A stretch of DNA of 64,000 bases from an uncultured Gemmatimonadaceae bacterium (GCA_963843845.1 CAWJMB010000007.1:32875-96874), one strand, 5' to 3'; shown: positions 12,214 to 23,022, counted from the first letter of the stretch. Program-made: numbers and translations. Notes: generated by a model from the letters alone, not told the origin.

Positions 12214-12253
12214 GTTGCGTGTTATAACGTAGATATTATCTTACTTGTAAGAT
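12214..12253 (+). promoter_or_regulatory. AT-rich promoter/operator upstream of dioxygenase genes
   Basis: TTGCGT, TGTTATAACG and perfect inverted repeat ATCTTAC-TT-GTAAGAT (12238-12253) in otherwise GC-rich DNA. Confidence 0.65.
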
Positions 12254-12288
12254 TGTTCGTCGGATCACTCGACCTCAGGAGCGTCGTC

Positions 12289-13317
12289 ATGACTGCTGCG
12301 ATCACCGGGCTGCACCACGTCACCGCCATCTCCGGCGACGCGCAGGAGAACCTCGACTTCTACGTCGGTGTCCTCGGCATGCGCCTCGTCAAGCGCAGCG
12401 TGAACCAGGACGACCCGGGCACCTACCACCTGTTCTACGCCGACGGCGTGGGTCACGCGGGCACCGACCTCACCTTCTTTCCGTGGAAGAACATGCCGCG
12501 CGGGCGACCGGGCCACGGCCTCACGAACGAGGTCTCGCTCGCCATCCCCGCCGGCACCGGCGACTGGTGGGCCGACCGCCTCGCCACGCATGGCGTGTCG
12601 GTGACGCGCGAGACGCGCTTCGGTGAGCCGACGCTGGCGTTCACCGACCCACACGGCCTCGCCGTCGCGCTGGCCGAGTGCGCCGGGCCGTCGGCAGGTG
12701 CAGGGCAGGAGGCTCGCGAGTTCACCGCGTGGGACGACAGCCCGGTTCCCGCGTCGCACCAGATCCGCGGGCTGCACGCCGTGCGCATCGTCGAGCAGTC
12801 GCTCGCCCCGACGGTCGCATTCCTCACGACGGCCATGGGCTTCACGCGCCTCGGCGAGGATGGGGGCTGGCAGCGCTATGTCCTTCGCTCCGCTCAGGAC
12901 GACGGCGCCGGGGACGACGGCGCCAGCGGCTCGGGGCGCGTCGTCGACGTGCGCGAGGAGCCGACCGCCCGGCGCGGCATCTGGGGCGTCGGCTCGATTC
13001 ACCACGTCGCCTGGCGCGTCCCGACCGACGCGGCCGAGGTCGCGGTGCAGGAGGCGGTGTTCGACGGCGGCATGCGCCCGACGCCGGTCATCGACCGCTT
13101 CTGGTTCAAATCCGTCTACTTCAAGGAGCCCGGCGGCGCGCTGTTCGAGATCGCCACCGACGGCCCGGGCTTCGCCGTCGACGAGGAGGTCGCGACGCTC
13201 GGCGAGCGGCTCGTGCTGCCACCGTTCCTCGAGTCGAGGCGCGACGAGATCGAGCGCCGCCTGCCGCCTCTGCGGTTGCCGCACGCGCAGCCGCTGCCGG
13301 CGGCCCACGGTGCCTGA
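12289..13317 (+). CDS. Ring-cleaving dioxygenase (MhqO/MhqA-like VOC protein)
   Basis: GLHHVTAI, LVKRSVNQDDPGTYHLFY, GTDLTFFPW, IHHVAWR, DRFWFKSVYFKEPGGALFEIATDGPGF. Confidence 0.93.
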   Translation: MTAAITGLHHVTAISGDAQENLDFYVGVLGMRLVKRSVNQDDPGTYHLFYADGVGHAGTDLTFFPWKNMPRGRPGHGLTNEVSLAIPAGTGDWWADRLATHGVSVTRETRFGEPTLAFTDPHGLAVALAECAGPSAGAGQEAREFTAWDDSPVPASHQIRGLHAVRIVEQSLAPTVAFLTTAMGFTRLGEDGGWQRYVLRSAQDDGAGDDGASGSGRVVDVREEPTARRGIWGVGSIHHVAWRVPTDAAEVAVQEAVFDGGMRPTPVIDRFWFKSVYFKEPGGALFEIATDGPGFAVDEEVATLGERLVLPPFLESRRDEIERRLPPLRLPHAQPLPAAHGA

Positions 13318-13357
13318 CGCGGGCCACACGATCGCCTGACACACCCCGGTTCCGACG

Positions 13358-14344
13358 ATGACCACGAGCCTCCACGACCTGTTCGACACCACGCGCGCCG
13401 TTCCCGCCGAGCCGGGGAGCTACGGCGAGGCGCCGAGGGGATTCCGCCTCCCGGCCGCGACGAGGCTCGGCGCCGTGCGCCTGCAAGTCGCGGAGCTCGC
13501 CCGGTCGCTCGCCTTCTACACCGAGGTGCTCGGCTTCCGGGTACTGTCGCGGCGCGCGGGGAGAGCGTCGTTAGGCACGGCGGACCCGTCGACCGGCACC
13601 TCGACCGGCACCTCGACCGGCACCTCGCTCGTCGAGCTCGTCGAGCGCCCCGGCGCGCGGAGTGCGGCGCGTCGCGGGCGGCTCGGGCTGTACCACGTCG
13701 CGATGCTGCTCCCCGACCGCGCGTCGTTAGGCCGCTTCGTGCGCCACCTCGGCGCGCTCGGCGTGCAGGCGGGGGCGGGGGACCATCTCGTGAGCGAGGC
13801 GTTCTACCTGCACGACCCCGACGGCCTCGGCATCGAGGTCTACGCCGACCGGCCGCGCGACGCGTGGCGGCGCGTCGGGCGGCAGCTCGTCATGGCGACC
13901 GATCCGGTCGACGTCGCCGCCCTCGTGCGCGCGGCCGGCGACGCGGTGTGGACCGGGCTTCCGGCCGGCACGACGATCGGCCACGTGCATCTCCACGTCG
14001 GCGACCTCGCCCGCGCCGCGGCGTTCTATGGCGAGGCGCTCGGCTTCGACCGCATCGTCTGGCGGTATCCGGGCGCGCTCTTCCTCTCTGCCGGCGGCTA
14101 TCACCACCACCTCGGCGCGAACACGTGGGCGGGGGCGGACGCGATGCCGGCCGGAGCCGACGACGCGCAGCTGCTCGCGTGGACGCTCGTAGTGCCCGAC
14201 GCGGCGAGCCTGGACGCGGCGGCCGCGAGCCTCCGGTCAGGTGGCGCGTCGGTCGAACGGGATGGACACGACGTCGTCGCGCGCGACCCGTGGGGCACCG
14301 TCGTTCGGCTCGTCACCGACGACGCCCCTGCGACGGCTGCCTAA
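13358..14344 (+). CDS. CatE-like VOC / catechol 2,3-dioxygenase family protein
   Basis: GLYHVAMLLPDR, DHLVSEAFYLHDPDGLGIEVYADRPR, IGHVHLHV, FLSAGGYHHHLGANTW. Confidence 0.92.
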   Translation: MTTSLHDLFDTTRAVPAEPGSYGEAPRGFRLPAATRLGAVRLQVAELARSLAFYTEVLGFRVLSRRAGRASLGTADPSTGTSTGTSTGTSLVELVERPGARSAARRGRLGLYHVAMLLPDRASLGRFVRHLGALGVQAGAGDHLVSEAFYLHDPDGLGIEVYADRPRDAWRRVGRQLVMATDPVDVAALVRAAGDAVWTGLPAGTTIGHVHLHVGDLARAAAFYGEALGFDRIVWRYPGALFLSAGGYHHHLGANTWAGADAMPAGADDAQLLAWTLVVPDAASLDAAAASLRSGGASVERDGHDVVARDPWGTVVRLVTDDAPATAA

Positions 14345-14363
14345 CGGTGCCGCCGGCCCTGCG

Positions 14364-14594
14364 TCACGTCACCGACGCGTCCGGCGGCCCGACGTCGATC
14401 GTCGGCAGCGGCGACACGTCCACGACGCCGTCGACCGATCGCACGCGTTCTGCCGCCGCCTCGGTGGCCGACCCGGTGAGCGACCCGATCTGGTCGAACA
14501 CCTCGTCGATGGTGAAGCCGTGCGTCTCGAGCTGTTTCGCGATCGCGTGAATGCGATCGCTGTCGGACACCGTGACCATCCAGAGCTGAGACAT
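14364..14594 (-). CDS. Small protein resembling a subtilisin propeptide / inhibitor I9-type fold
   Basis: MSQLWMVTV...LETHGFTIDEVFDQIGSLTGSA...VRSVDGVVDVS; directly downstream of and co-oriented with the S8 gene. Confidence 0.6.
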   Translation of the reverse strand: MSQLWMVTVSDSDRIHAIAKQLETHGFTIDEVFDQIGSLTGSATEAAAERVRSVDGVVDVSPLPTIDVGPPDASVT

Positions 14595-14665
14595 ACGACG
14601 GCGGCTGAGCGGGGGCGATGCGGGCGGACGCGGCGCGCGCCCGCCCTTACGAAGCCTCACGAAAG

Positions 14666-16057
14666 CTATGGCGCCTGCACGAGCCCCGCGCCCACGCGCG
14701 TCGTGGGCAGCCCGAGCGCACGCGCCGTCGCCTGCAGCTTCCGCCAGAGCAGGAGGCCGCGCAGCGACGACGAACTCTGCGCCCACAGCGCGGCGCAGCC
14801 GGCCACGTGCGGCGTCGCCATGCTCGTGCCGCTCTTGATGCCGTAGCGCACGGGGCGCGGCACCGACGAGAAGACGTCGCGGCCGGGCGCCGCGATGTCG
14901 ACCTTGCCGAAGTTCGAGAACGACGACGGGCGCAGATTCGTGTCGAGCGAGGCGACCGACATGATCGTCGGCGAATTCGCAGGGCTGCCGGTGGCCGTGG
15001 CTTCGTTGCCCGACGCGGCGACCATGAGCAGCCCGTTGTTCAGCGCCGCCTGCCCCGCCGCGGTGAACGCCGCGAACGGCCCTCCCGCCCCGCCGAGCGA
15101 CATCGAGATGATCGTGCAGCGGTTCGCGATCGCCCAGTTCATCCCCGCGAGCAGGCTCCCACCGACGGTCGAGCCGGAGTTGCTGAGCACCTTGGCGGCG
15201 TAGATCAGCGAGCGGTGCGCGATCCCGTAGCGCGGCGTCGTACCCGCCGGCGAGAGTGGGCCGCACGCCGTGCCGATGCAGTGCGTGCCGTGGCTGTGCA
15301 GGTCCTGCACCGGCTGCCCGGCGAACGTCGCGCTGGCGACGGGGCGGCCGACGAAGTCGGGGTGTCCGAGATCCATCCCCGTGTCGAGCACGGCGACGCG
15401 AATGTCGCTCCCGGTGCGCGTGCTCTGCGGCACCCGGCACGCCGCGAGCCCCCAGGTCGCGCCGAGGGCCGCGACGACCGCCTGGTCCTCTTCGGTGAAC
15501 GGCGACTCGACGGCGCCCCGCAGATCGCGCGCGATCGCCGCCGCCGCGGCAGTGAAGCCGCGCAGATACTCGCTCGCGCTCCGCCGCCCGCCGTCACTCT
15601 CTTCCTGGAGATAGCCGAGCAGCGGCGAGCCGGTGGCGAAGAGGAACGTCTCCGGCTCGACGATCTCGACCGGGCTGTCGGCGGCGAGCGCGGCGAACGA
15701 GTGGATGCCGCGCTCCTGCGCCGGCGCTTCGGCGACGACGGCGACACCGATCTCGGGAAACGTCAGCGCGTCGGCGCCGTCGACGTCCGCGAGCCGTGCG
15801 GACTGCCCTGCGAAGTCGCGCGCGTCGGCGACGCGCATCCCCTGCGCGCCGAGCGAGCGCACGCCTTCGTCGTGCGCCCCCTCCTTGAACGTCACGAGAT
15901 AGCGCCCCGTCTCGAGCTGGTCGCCGCCACGCTCGAGGGCGGCGAGCAGCATCGCGTCGATCGGCGACGCGAGGCCGGCGTCGCCGGCGGCGGCGATGCC
16001 GGCGGTGGACGACGGCCGTTTGGGGGTTGGCGACTTCCTGGGTGATCTGCTGGGCAT
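14666..16057 (-). CDS. S8 (subtilisin) serine peptidase, no obvious signal peptide
   Basis: VAVLDTG, HGTHCIG, AASGN, SGTSMATPHVAG. Confidence 0.95.
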   Translation of the reverse strand: MPSRSPRKSPTPKRPSSTAGIAAAGDAGLASPIDAMLLAALERGGDQLETGRYLVTFKEGAHDEGVRSLGAQGMRVADARDFAGQSARLADVDGADALTFPEIGVAVVAEAPAQERGIHSFAALAADSPVEIVEPETFLFATGSPLLGYLQEESDGGRRSASEYLRGFTAAAAAIARDLRGAVESPFTEEDQAVVAALGATWGLAACRVPQSTRTGSDIRVAVLDTGMDLGHPDFVGRPVASATFAGQPVQDLHSHGTHCIGTACGPLSPAGTTPRYGIAHRSLIYAAKVLSNSGSTVGGSLLAGMNWAIANRCTIISMSLGGAGGPFAAFTAAGQAALNNGLLMVAASGNEATATGSPANSPTIMSVASLDTNLRPSSFSNFGKVDIAAPGRDVFSSVPRPVRYGIKSGTSMATPHVAGCAALWAQSSSSLRGLLLWRKLQATARALGLPTTRVGAGLVQAP

Positions 16058-16277
16058 GGTCGGGCTCCTCGGGGTGCGCAGGTGAATGCCTCACTGCTGC
16101 GGCGGACGTCGCGGTCGATGTTGGCGTGACCGGGCGCTCTTGGTCAGAGGGGGCGCGTGTACGAGTTTCCTGTGACGTCGCCGCGACGCCGCGCGGCGCA
16201 CTGTGCTGCCCGAGCGGTGTATCTGTGCGCATCAGCTCGGCGATCGAGCGTCGCCGCGTCTTCTCCTCAACGTGCCC

Positions 16278-17738
16278 ATGCTCTCCTCCCTCCGCGCATT
16301 CGGCCTCGTCGTCGCGGCCGCGTCGTCCGTCGCCGCGCAGGCGCCCACGCGCGCCGGCGCGAGCGCCATCCGCATCCCGTTCGAGCGCATGACGCTGCCG
16401 AACGGGCTCAACGTGCTGCTCGCCCCCGACCACACCGTGCCGCAGCGTCGCCGTGGACGTGTGGTACCACGTCGGCTCGAAGAACGAGGTGCCGGGCCGC
16501 ACCGGCTTCGCGCACATGTTCGAGCACGTGATGTTCACCGGCTCGGGGCACGTGCCCTACGGCATGCACGACCGCCTCACGGAGGGGGTCGGCGGCGACA
16601 ACAACGGCTCGACGACCAACGACCGCACGAACTACTACGAGAACGTGCCGTCGAACTACCTCGAGAGCGCGCTCTGGCTCGAGGCCGACCGCATGGGCTT
16701 CCTGCTCGACAAGCTCGACGACGCGAAGTTCAAGCGCGCAGCGCGACATCGTGCAGAACGAGCGGCGGCAGGGCGTACGACAACCAGCCCTACGGCCGCG
16801 CCGTTCGAGATCCTCGACTACGGCGATCTACCCGGCGTCGAACCCGTACTCGTGGCCGGTCGTCGGCTACATCACCGACCTCCAGCAGGCCGACGGTCGA
16901 GGACGTGAAGAAGTTCTTCCGCCTCTACTACGCGCCGTCGCAACGCCACGATCGCAATCGTCGGCGACTTCGACCCGGCGCAGGCGAAGGCGCTGGGTGC
17001 GCGAAGTACTTCGCGCGACCTGCCACGCGGGGCCGCGATCACGCGCCCGACGATCGCCCCGCGTCGACGCTCGCGGCCGAGAAGCGGCTCGTCGTTCGAG
17101 GACCGCGTGCAGGTGCCGCGCCTCTACCTCGCGCTGGCCCACCGTGTCGGTGAAGACAGCGAGGACACGCTACGCGCTCGAGCTACCTCGGCCAGGTGCT
17201 GACCGGGTCGCGCACGGCGCGCCTCACGAAGGCGCTCGTCTACGACCGGCAGTCGGCGGCGTCAGCGTCGAGCGCGTTCAGCAGTCGCAGCGAGAACGGC
17301 GGGCGACGTTCATCGTCACGCTGACGCCGCGCCCCGGCCACTCGCTCGGCGAGCTGGAGCTGGCCGCCGACTCGGTGCATCGAGCGGCTCAAGCGCGAGG
17401 GGCCGACGGCCGAGGAGATGGCGAAGACGAAGGCCGGGCTCGAGTTCGGCTTCGTCAGCGGGCTCGCAGTCGCACGCTCGGCAAGGCGGAGCATGCTGAA
17501 CGACGGGGCGCGTGTTCCTCGGCGACCCGGGCTACTATCGAGACGAGTACGCGAAGCTGCAAGCGCCGTGACCGCCGCCGACGTGCAGCGCGTCGCGCAA
17601 CAAGTACCTCGGCGCCGGCCGCGTCGTGCTCAGCGTCGTGCCGCTGGGCAAGCGCGACCAGGCCGCGAAGCCCGAGGCGAGCGTCGCCGTGCAGGTCGAG
17701 CCCGGACGGCGGCACAATACATCTTCGGGGCCAAGTGA
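16278..17738 (+). CDS. M16 (pitrilysin-like) zinc peptidase, catalytic subunit (many apparent frameshifts)
   Basis: TLPNGL, VWYHVGSKNEVPGRTGFAHMFEHVMF (HxxEH), NGSTTNDRTNYYE, LWLEADRM. Confidence 0.85.
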
Positions 17739-17740
17739 CG

Positions 17741-19252
17741 ATGCGCCGCCTAACGATGCGCCGCCTGACGATCTGTGCCGCCGCGGCGCTCGCGCCGCTC
17801 GCCGCGACCGCGGCCGCCTCCGCGCAGCGCGTGTCGAAGGACGCGCCGAGCGCGAGCGCCGCCGCGCGGCTCGACCGCACCGTGCAGCCGACCGCCGGGC
17901 GCGCGCCGGCGATCCGCATCCCGACGTGGACGCGGCTCACGCTCGCGAACGGCGCGGAGCTCATCGTCATCGAGAAGCACGACCTCCCGCTCGTGGCGGT
18001 GTACGGTCGACTTCGTCGGCGGCGAGCGCGAACTACGAGCCGGCGGGCAAGGACGGCGTCGCGAGCGTCGCGGCGCAGATGCTGAGCGAGGGCACGGCGA
18101 CGCGCAGCGGCGAGCAGCTCTCCGACGCGCAGCAGCTGCTGGGCACCGCGATCGCCGCCGGCGTCGGCAACGAGTCGGCGTCGATCGGCTTCACGGCGCT
18201 CACGCGACAAGCTCGAGCCGGCGCTCGCGCTGCTCGCCGACATGCTGCTGCACCCGAGCTTCCCCGGCGACGCGCTCGAGCGCATCCGCGGCCGCACGCT
18301 CGTCGCGCTCGACGCAGCAGAAGGACCAGCCGAACGCGATCGCCGAGCAACGTGTTCGCGAAGGTGCTCTACGGCGACGCGCACCCGTACGGGCGCGTCG
18401 TGACGGAGGAGACCGTGCGCGCGATCACGCGCGACGACGTCGTGGCGTTCCACCGCGAGTACTTCCGCCCGGGGCGCGCGGTCATCACGGTGACGGGGGA
18501 CGTGACGCCGGCCGCGGTGCGCGCGCAGGTCGAGCGGGCGCTCGCCGAGTGGGCGCCCGGCGGCGAGCGGCCGACGTTCGCCTACCCGCCGGCGCCGGCG
18601 TCGAAGGGCACGACGATCTACCTCGTCGACAAGCCGAAGGCGGCGCAGTCGGTGTTCGCGATCGGCGCGCCCGGCCCGTCGCGCAACACGCCCGACTACT
18701 ACGCGATCCAGGTGATGAACCAGATCCTCGGCGGGCTGTTCCAGTCGCGGCTCAACCACAACATCCGCGAGGTGAAGGGCTACAGCTACGGCGTCGGCTC
18801 GGGCTTCGCGTTCGGCCGCGGGCCCGGCGCGTTCGAGGCGGGCGGCGGCATCATCACCGCGAAGACGGACAGCGCGCTCATCGAGTTCATGAACGCAGCT
18901 GCGCGGCGCGCAGGGGAGCGTGCCGTTCACCGACGACGAGATCGAGCAGGGGAAGGAGTCGCTCATCCAGAGCCTGCCGCGCCGCTTCAGCTCCGTGAAC
19001 GCGATCGGCGCCTCGGTCGGGTCGGTCGTCGTGCAGGGGCTCCCGGCGTCGTACTGGAACGACTACGCGGCGAACGTGAACGCGGTCACCGCGGACGACC
19101 TGCTGCGCGTGGCGAAGGAGTACATCGACCTGGAGCACCTCAACATCGTCATCGTCGGCGACCGCGCCGTCATCGAGGAGGGGCTGCGCAAGACGGGCGT
19201 CGCGCCGATCGTGATCCTCGACGCGACCGGCAGGCCCGTCACGTCGTCGTGA
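17741..19252 (+). CDS. M16 peptidase partner subunit (apparent frameshifts)
   Basis: Signal peptide, TLANGAELIVIEKHDLPLV, LYGDAHPYG, ILGGLFQSRLNHNIREVKGYSYG; no HxxEH seen. Confidence 0.85.
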
Positions 19253-19294
19253 GGCGTCAGGCCCCGTCGTCAGGCACCTCGTGACCGCGTCGCC

Positions 19295-19642
19295 GTGACG
19301 TTCACCGCCATCGTGCTGCTCGCGCGCCTCGGCACCGCGATCTCGCTCGCCGGGATGACGGCGTTCCTGCTGCTGCTCGCCGGCGCGCACCCGGTCGAGA
19401 CGGCGCCGCGCCGCCGCGGCGCGGTGCTCGCCGCGATGGCGACCGTCGTCCTCGGCGTCGCGCTCGTCGCGGCGATGGCGGCGTGCGTGCTGCACCGGCT
19501 CGCGGGATGGCGCGTGATCTGGGGGCCGCGGCTGTGGGTCGGGCGCGTCGCGGAGATCGTCGTCGCGCTGCTCGCGATCGCTGGGATCGCCGTCACGGCG
19601 ACGCTCATGCGTCGGGGATGGGTCGCGGCGCGCAGCAGGTAG
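19295..19642 (+). CDS. Hypothetical membrane protein
   Basis: Three hydrophobic segments; fills the gap between co-oriented genes. Confidence 0.5.
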   Translation: MTFTAIVLLARLGTAISLAGMTAFLLLLAGAHPVETAPRRRGAVLAAMATVVLGVALVAAMAACVLHRLAGWRVIWGPRLWVGRVAEIVVALLAIAGIAVTATLMRRGWVAARSR

Positions 19643-19651
19643 ATTCTCGTC

Positions 19652-20945
19652 ATGCGCACCCGCCTGCTCGCTCTCCTCGTCCCCGCCGCGCTCGGCGCCC
19701 AGCCGGCGCCGAACGCGACCGAACGCGCGATCGTCCGCGCCGTCGACGCGCGCAACGCCGCCCAGCTCGCGCTGCTCGAGCGCGTCGTGAACATCAACAG
19801 CGGCACGCAGCACCTCGCCGGCGTGCGCCAGGTCGGCGACGCGCTCCGCGCCGAGTTCGACGCGCTCGGCTTCCGCACGCGCTGGGTCGACGGCGCGCCG
19901 TTCCAGCGCGCGGGGCACCTCGTCGCCGAGCACGTCGCGCCGGGGCCGAAGCTGCTGCTCATCGGCCACCTCGACACGGTGTTCGAGCCGTCGAGCCCGT
20001 TCCGGCGCTTCGAGCGGCTCACCGACTCGACGGCGCGCGGGCCCGGCATCATCGACATGAAGGGCGGCGACGTCGTCATGCTCGGCGCGCTGCGGGCGCT
20101 GAAGGACGCGGGGGTGCTCGACCGACTCAACGTCGTCGCCGTGCTGCACGGCGACGAGGAGGATTCGGGGACGCCGCTCGACGCTCGCGCGGCAGACGCT
20201 GCGCGACGCGGCGAAGGGCGCCGCGGCGGCGATCGGGTTCGAGGACGGGGCGGGGGACCCGAAGGTGGCCGTCGTGTCGCGCCGCGGCGCGGGCGGCTGG
20301 ACGCTGGTCGTCACCGGCACGCCCGCCCACTCGTCGCAGATCTTCAAGCCCGAGATCGGCGCCGGCGCGGTCTACGAGACGGCGCGCATCCTCAACGGCT
20401 TCTACGAGCGGCTGTCGAAGGAGCCGTACCTCACGTTCAACCCCGGCGTCGCGTTAGGCGGCACGCAGGTGACGCTCGACACCACCGGCACCGCCGGCTC
20501 GGCGAGCGGCAAGTCGAACGTCGTCGCCGAGCGGATGACCGTGACCGGGGACCTGCGCACGCTGTCGCCCGAGCAGCTCGCGCGCGCGAAGCAGACGATG
20601 ACCGAGATCGTCGCGCAGCATCTGCCGCGCACCACGGCGACGATCACGTTCGACGACGGCTACCCGCCGATGGCGCCGACCGACGGCAACCGCCGACTGT
20701 TGGGCATGTACGACGAGGTGAGCCGCGCGCTCGGCTTCTGGCCGGTGGCGGCGGTCGACCCGTCGCGCGCGGGCGCGGCCGACGTCTCGTTCGTGGCCGA
20801 CCTGGTGCCGATGGCGATCGACGGGATCGGGCTGTCGGGGCGCGACGGGCACACGGTGAACGAGACGGCCGATCTGCGGATGTTGCCGGTGCAGACGAAG
20901 CGGGCGGCGGTGCTGCTGTGGCGGCTGGCGCAGGGGCGACAGTAG
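19652..20945 (+). CDS. M20 family metallopeptidase (glutamate carboxypeptidase-like), apparent frameshift near 20190
   Basis: VNINSGT, LIGHLDTVF, GPGIIDMKGG, GDEE, AHSS, GAADVSF, HTVNE. Confidence 0.9.
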
Positions 20946-20975
20946 ATCGGTGGCTGGTACACCGAAGAACATGGC

Positions 20976-21069
20976 GATCATGAAGAGACCATGCCCCCGG
21001 ACACCAGGTCGCAGTCGCGAGCTCGAGACGCTCCGCGCGATCGACGGGTCGAATGGTCAGTTCATGGTC
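20976..21069. repeat. Palindromic intergenic element, family B copy 1
   Basis: Ends GATCATGAAGAGACCAT / ATGGTCAGTTCATGGTC are imperfect inverted repeats; the reverse complement aligns with 53184-53276. Confidence 0.75.
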
Positions 21070-21095
21070 CGAAGGTCCCCTGAAATGCCAGCCTG

Positions 21096-22052
21096 GTGAC
21101 CACGCTCTTCCTCGACGAAGCCGCCGTCCGCGCCGCGCTGCGCATGGACGCGCTGATCCCGGCCGTTCGCGACGCGCTCGTCGCGCTCTCGGCCGGCCGC
21201 GTCGTGCAGCCCGTGCGCACGATCGTGCCGGTGGCCGAGCACCGCGGCTTCTTCGGCGCGATGCCGGCGTACGCGTCTGACGGTCAGGGCGGCGCACTGG
21301 GCGCGAAGCTCGTCACGTTCTACCCCCACAACCGCGACGTCCACACGCACCACGCGGTCATCGTGCTCTTTCACCCGGAGACCGGCGCGCCGGCCGCGGT
21401 GATGGACGGGCGCCTCATCACCGAGATGCGCACCGCGGCGACGTCCGCCGTCGCGACCGACCTGCTCGCCCGCCGCGGCGCGCGCACGTTAGGCATCCTC
21501 GGCGCCGGCGTGCAGGCGGAGAGTCACCTCGAGGCGCTACGTCTCGTGCGCCCGATCGACGACGTCCGCGTCTACAGCCCGCGCAACGCGCCGTCCTTCG
21601 CCGCGCGGCACGACGGGGTGCACGCGCGCGTGCGCGCCGTGGCGTCCGCAGAAGAAGCCGTGCGCGGCGCGGACATCGTGGTCGTCGCGACGACGGCGCA
21701 GCGTCCGGTGCTGCGCGGCGCGTGGCTCGCGCCCGGCACGCACGTGAACGCCGTCGGCGCGACGCGCCCCGACTGGCGCGAGCTCGACGACGACGCGGTG
21801 CGCGCCGGTCCGCTCGTCGTCGACTCGCGCGAGGCGGCGGTCCGCGAGTCGGGCGACGTGATCGCGGCCGGCGCCGCCGCTGCTGACGGCGCCGGGCCCG
21901 CGGAGGTCGGCGAGGTCGCGTCGGGCGCGCGCGCCGGCCGCACGCACGACGACGAGATCACGCTGTTCAAGTCGGTCGGCATCGCGACCGAAGACCTCGC
22001 GGCCGCGGCGCTCGTGCTCGCGCAGCACCGGACGTCCGCCACCTCGCACTAG
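21096..22052 (+). CDS. Ornithine cyclodeaminase / mu-crystallin family protein
   Basis: GAKLVT, ITEMRTAATSA, GAGVQA, HVNAVGA, FKSVGIATEDLAAA. Confidence 0.92.
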   Translation: MTTLFLDEAAVRAALRMDALIPAVRDALVALSAGRVVQPVRTIVPVAEHRGFFGAMPAYASDGQGGALGAKLVTFYPHNRDVHTHHAVIVLFHPETGAPAAVMDGRLITEMRTAATSAVATDLLARRGARTLGILGAGVQAESHLEALRLVRPIDDVRVYSPRNAPSFAARHDGVHARVRAVASAEEAVRGADIVVVATTAQRPVLRGAWLAPGTHVNAVGATRPDWRELDDDAVRAGPLVVDSREAAVRESGDVIAAGAAAADGAGPAEVGEVASGARAGRTHDDEITLFKSVGIATEDLAAAALVLAQHRTSATSH

Positions 22053-22059
22053 CATACCC

Positions 22060-22998
22060 ATGCGACGAATGATCCTCGCGATCGCCGCGGCGGCGCTGTC
22101 GGCGGCCTCGCTCGCCGCGCAACCGGTCGTCCGCACCGGCGACCCGACGAAGCGCGGCTACACCGAGGCCGACTTCCCGCGCGTGCAGCGTCTCGCCGAC
22201 GGCGTCTACGCGTACGAGGCGCTGCGTTCCGCCGGCGCCGAGCGGTTCACGACCGTCAGCCTGTTCGTCGTCACCCCGACGGGCGTGCTCGTGGCCGACG
22301 GCCAGGAGAACGTCGCCGAGACGCGGCGCCTCGTCGAGGCGATCGCGCGGGTGACGCCGCAACCGATCACGCACGTCGTCGTCGCGTCCGACCACGGCGA
22401 CCACACCGCCGGCAACGCGGCGTTCCCGTCAGCTGCAACGTTCTACGCGCACCCGACGTCGGCGGGCGTGCTCGACGCCGCCGCGGCGCGCGACTCGTCG
22501 CCGGGCACGATCAGGCGGTCGTACGTCCCGGTCGACGAGCGGACCACGCTCCGACTCGGCGGACGCGAGATCCAGCTCCTCTTCCTCGGCCGCGCGCACA
22601 CGGGAGGTGACCTCAGCGTCTACCTGCCGCGCGAGCGCATCCTGTTCATGAGCGAGGCGTATCTCAACCGTGTGTTCCCGGCGATGCGCTCGGCGTACCC
22701 GACGGAGTGGGTGGGCGTCGTCGAGCGCGCGCAGCGGATGCCGGTCGACGTCTACGTGCCCGGGCACGGCTTCGTCGAGACGCCGACGATCCTGCGCGAG
22801 GAGCTCGAGACGTTCAAGCGGGCGCTCCGCCAGGTGACCGCCGAGGCGACGCGGCTGCACGACGCCGGCGTGCCGGTCGAGCAGGCGGTGACGCAGGCGC
22901 GGTTCGGCGACCTCGAGACGTGGTCGCTGCGGTCGAGCCAGGGGCCGGTTGCCGTGCGACGCGTCTACCTGGAGCGCGACGGCAAGCTGCCGAAGTAG
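22060..22998 (+). CDS. Secreted MBL-fold metallo-hydrolase
   Basis: Signal peptide; SDHGDHTAGN (variant of HxHxDH), AHTGGD, VPGHG. Confidence 0.85.
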   Translation: MRRMILAIAAAALSAASLAAQPVVRTGDPTKRGYTEADFPRVQRLADGVYAYEALRSAGAERFTTVSLFVVTPTGVLVADGQENVAETRRLVEAIARVTPQPITHVVVASDHGDHTAGNAAFPSAATFYAHPTSAGVLDAAAARDSSPGTIRRSYVPVDERTTLRLGGREIQLLFLGRAHTGGDLSVYLPRERILFMSEAYLNRVFPAMRSAYPTEWVGVVERAQRMPVDVYVPGHGFVETPTILREELETFKRALRQVTAEATRLHDAGVPVEQAVTQARFGDLETWSLRSSQGPVAVRRVYLERDGKLPK

Positions 22999-23022
22999 CG
23001 CCCTCCGTCCGCCGTCCCTCGT

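Noticed and set aside
16278..20945. Heavily fragmented M16 and M20 peptidases read as decaying genes
   Set aside because: Dense single-base indels with preserved codon bias and catalytic motifs suggest a low-coverage assembly stretch; reads are needed to be sure
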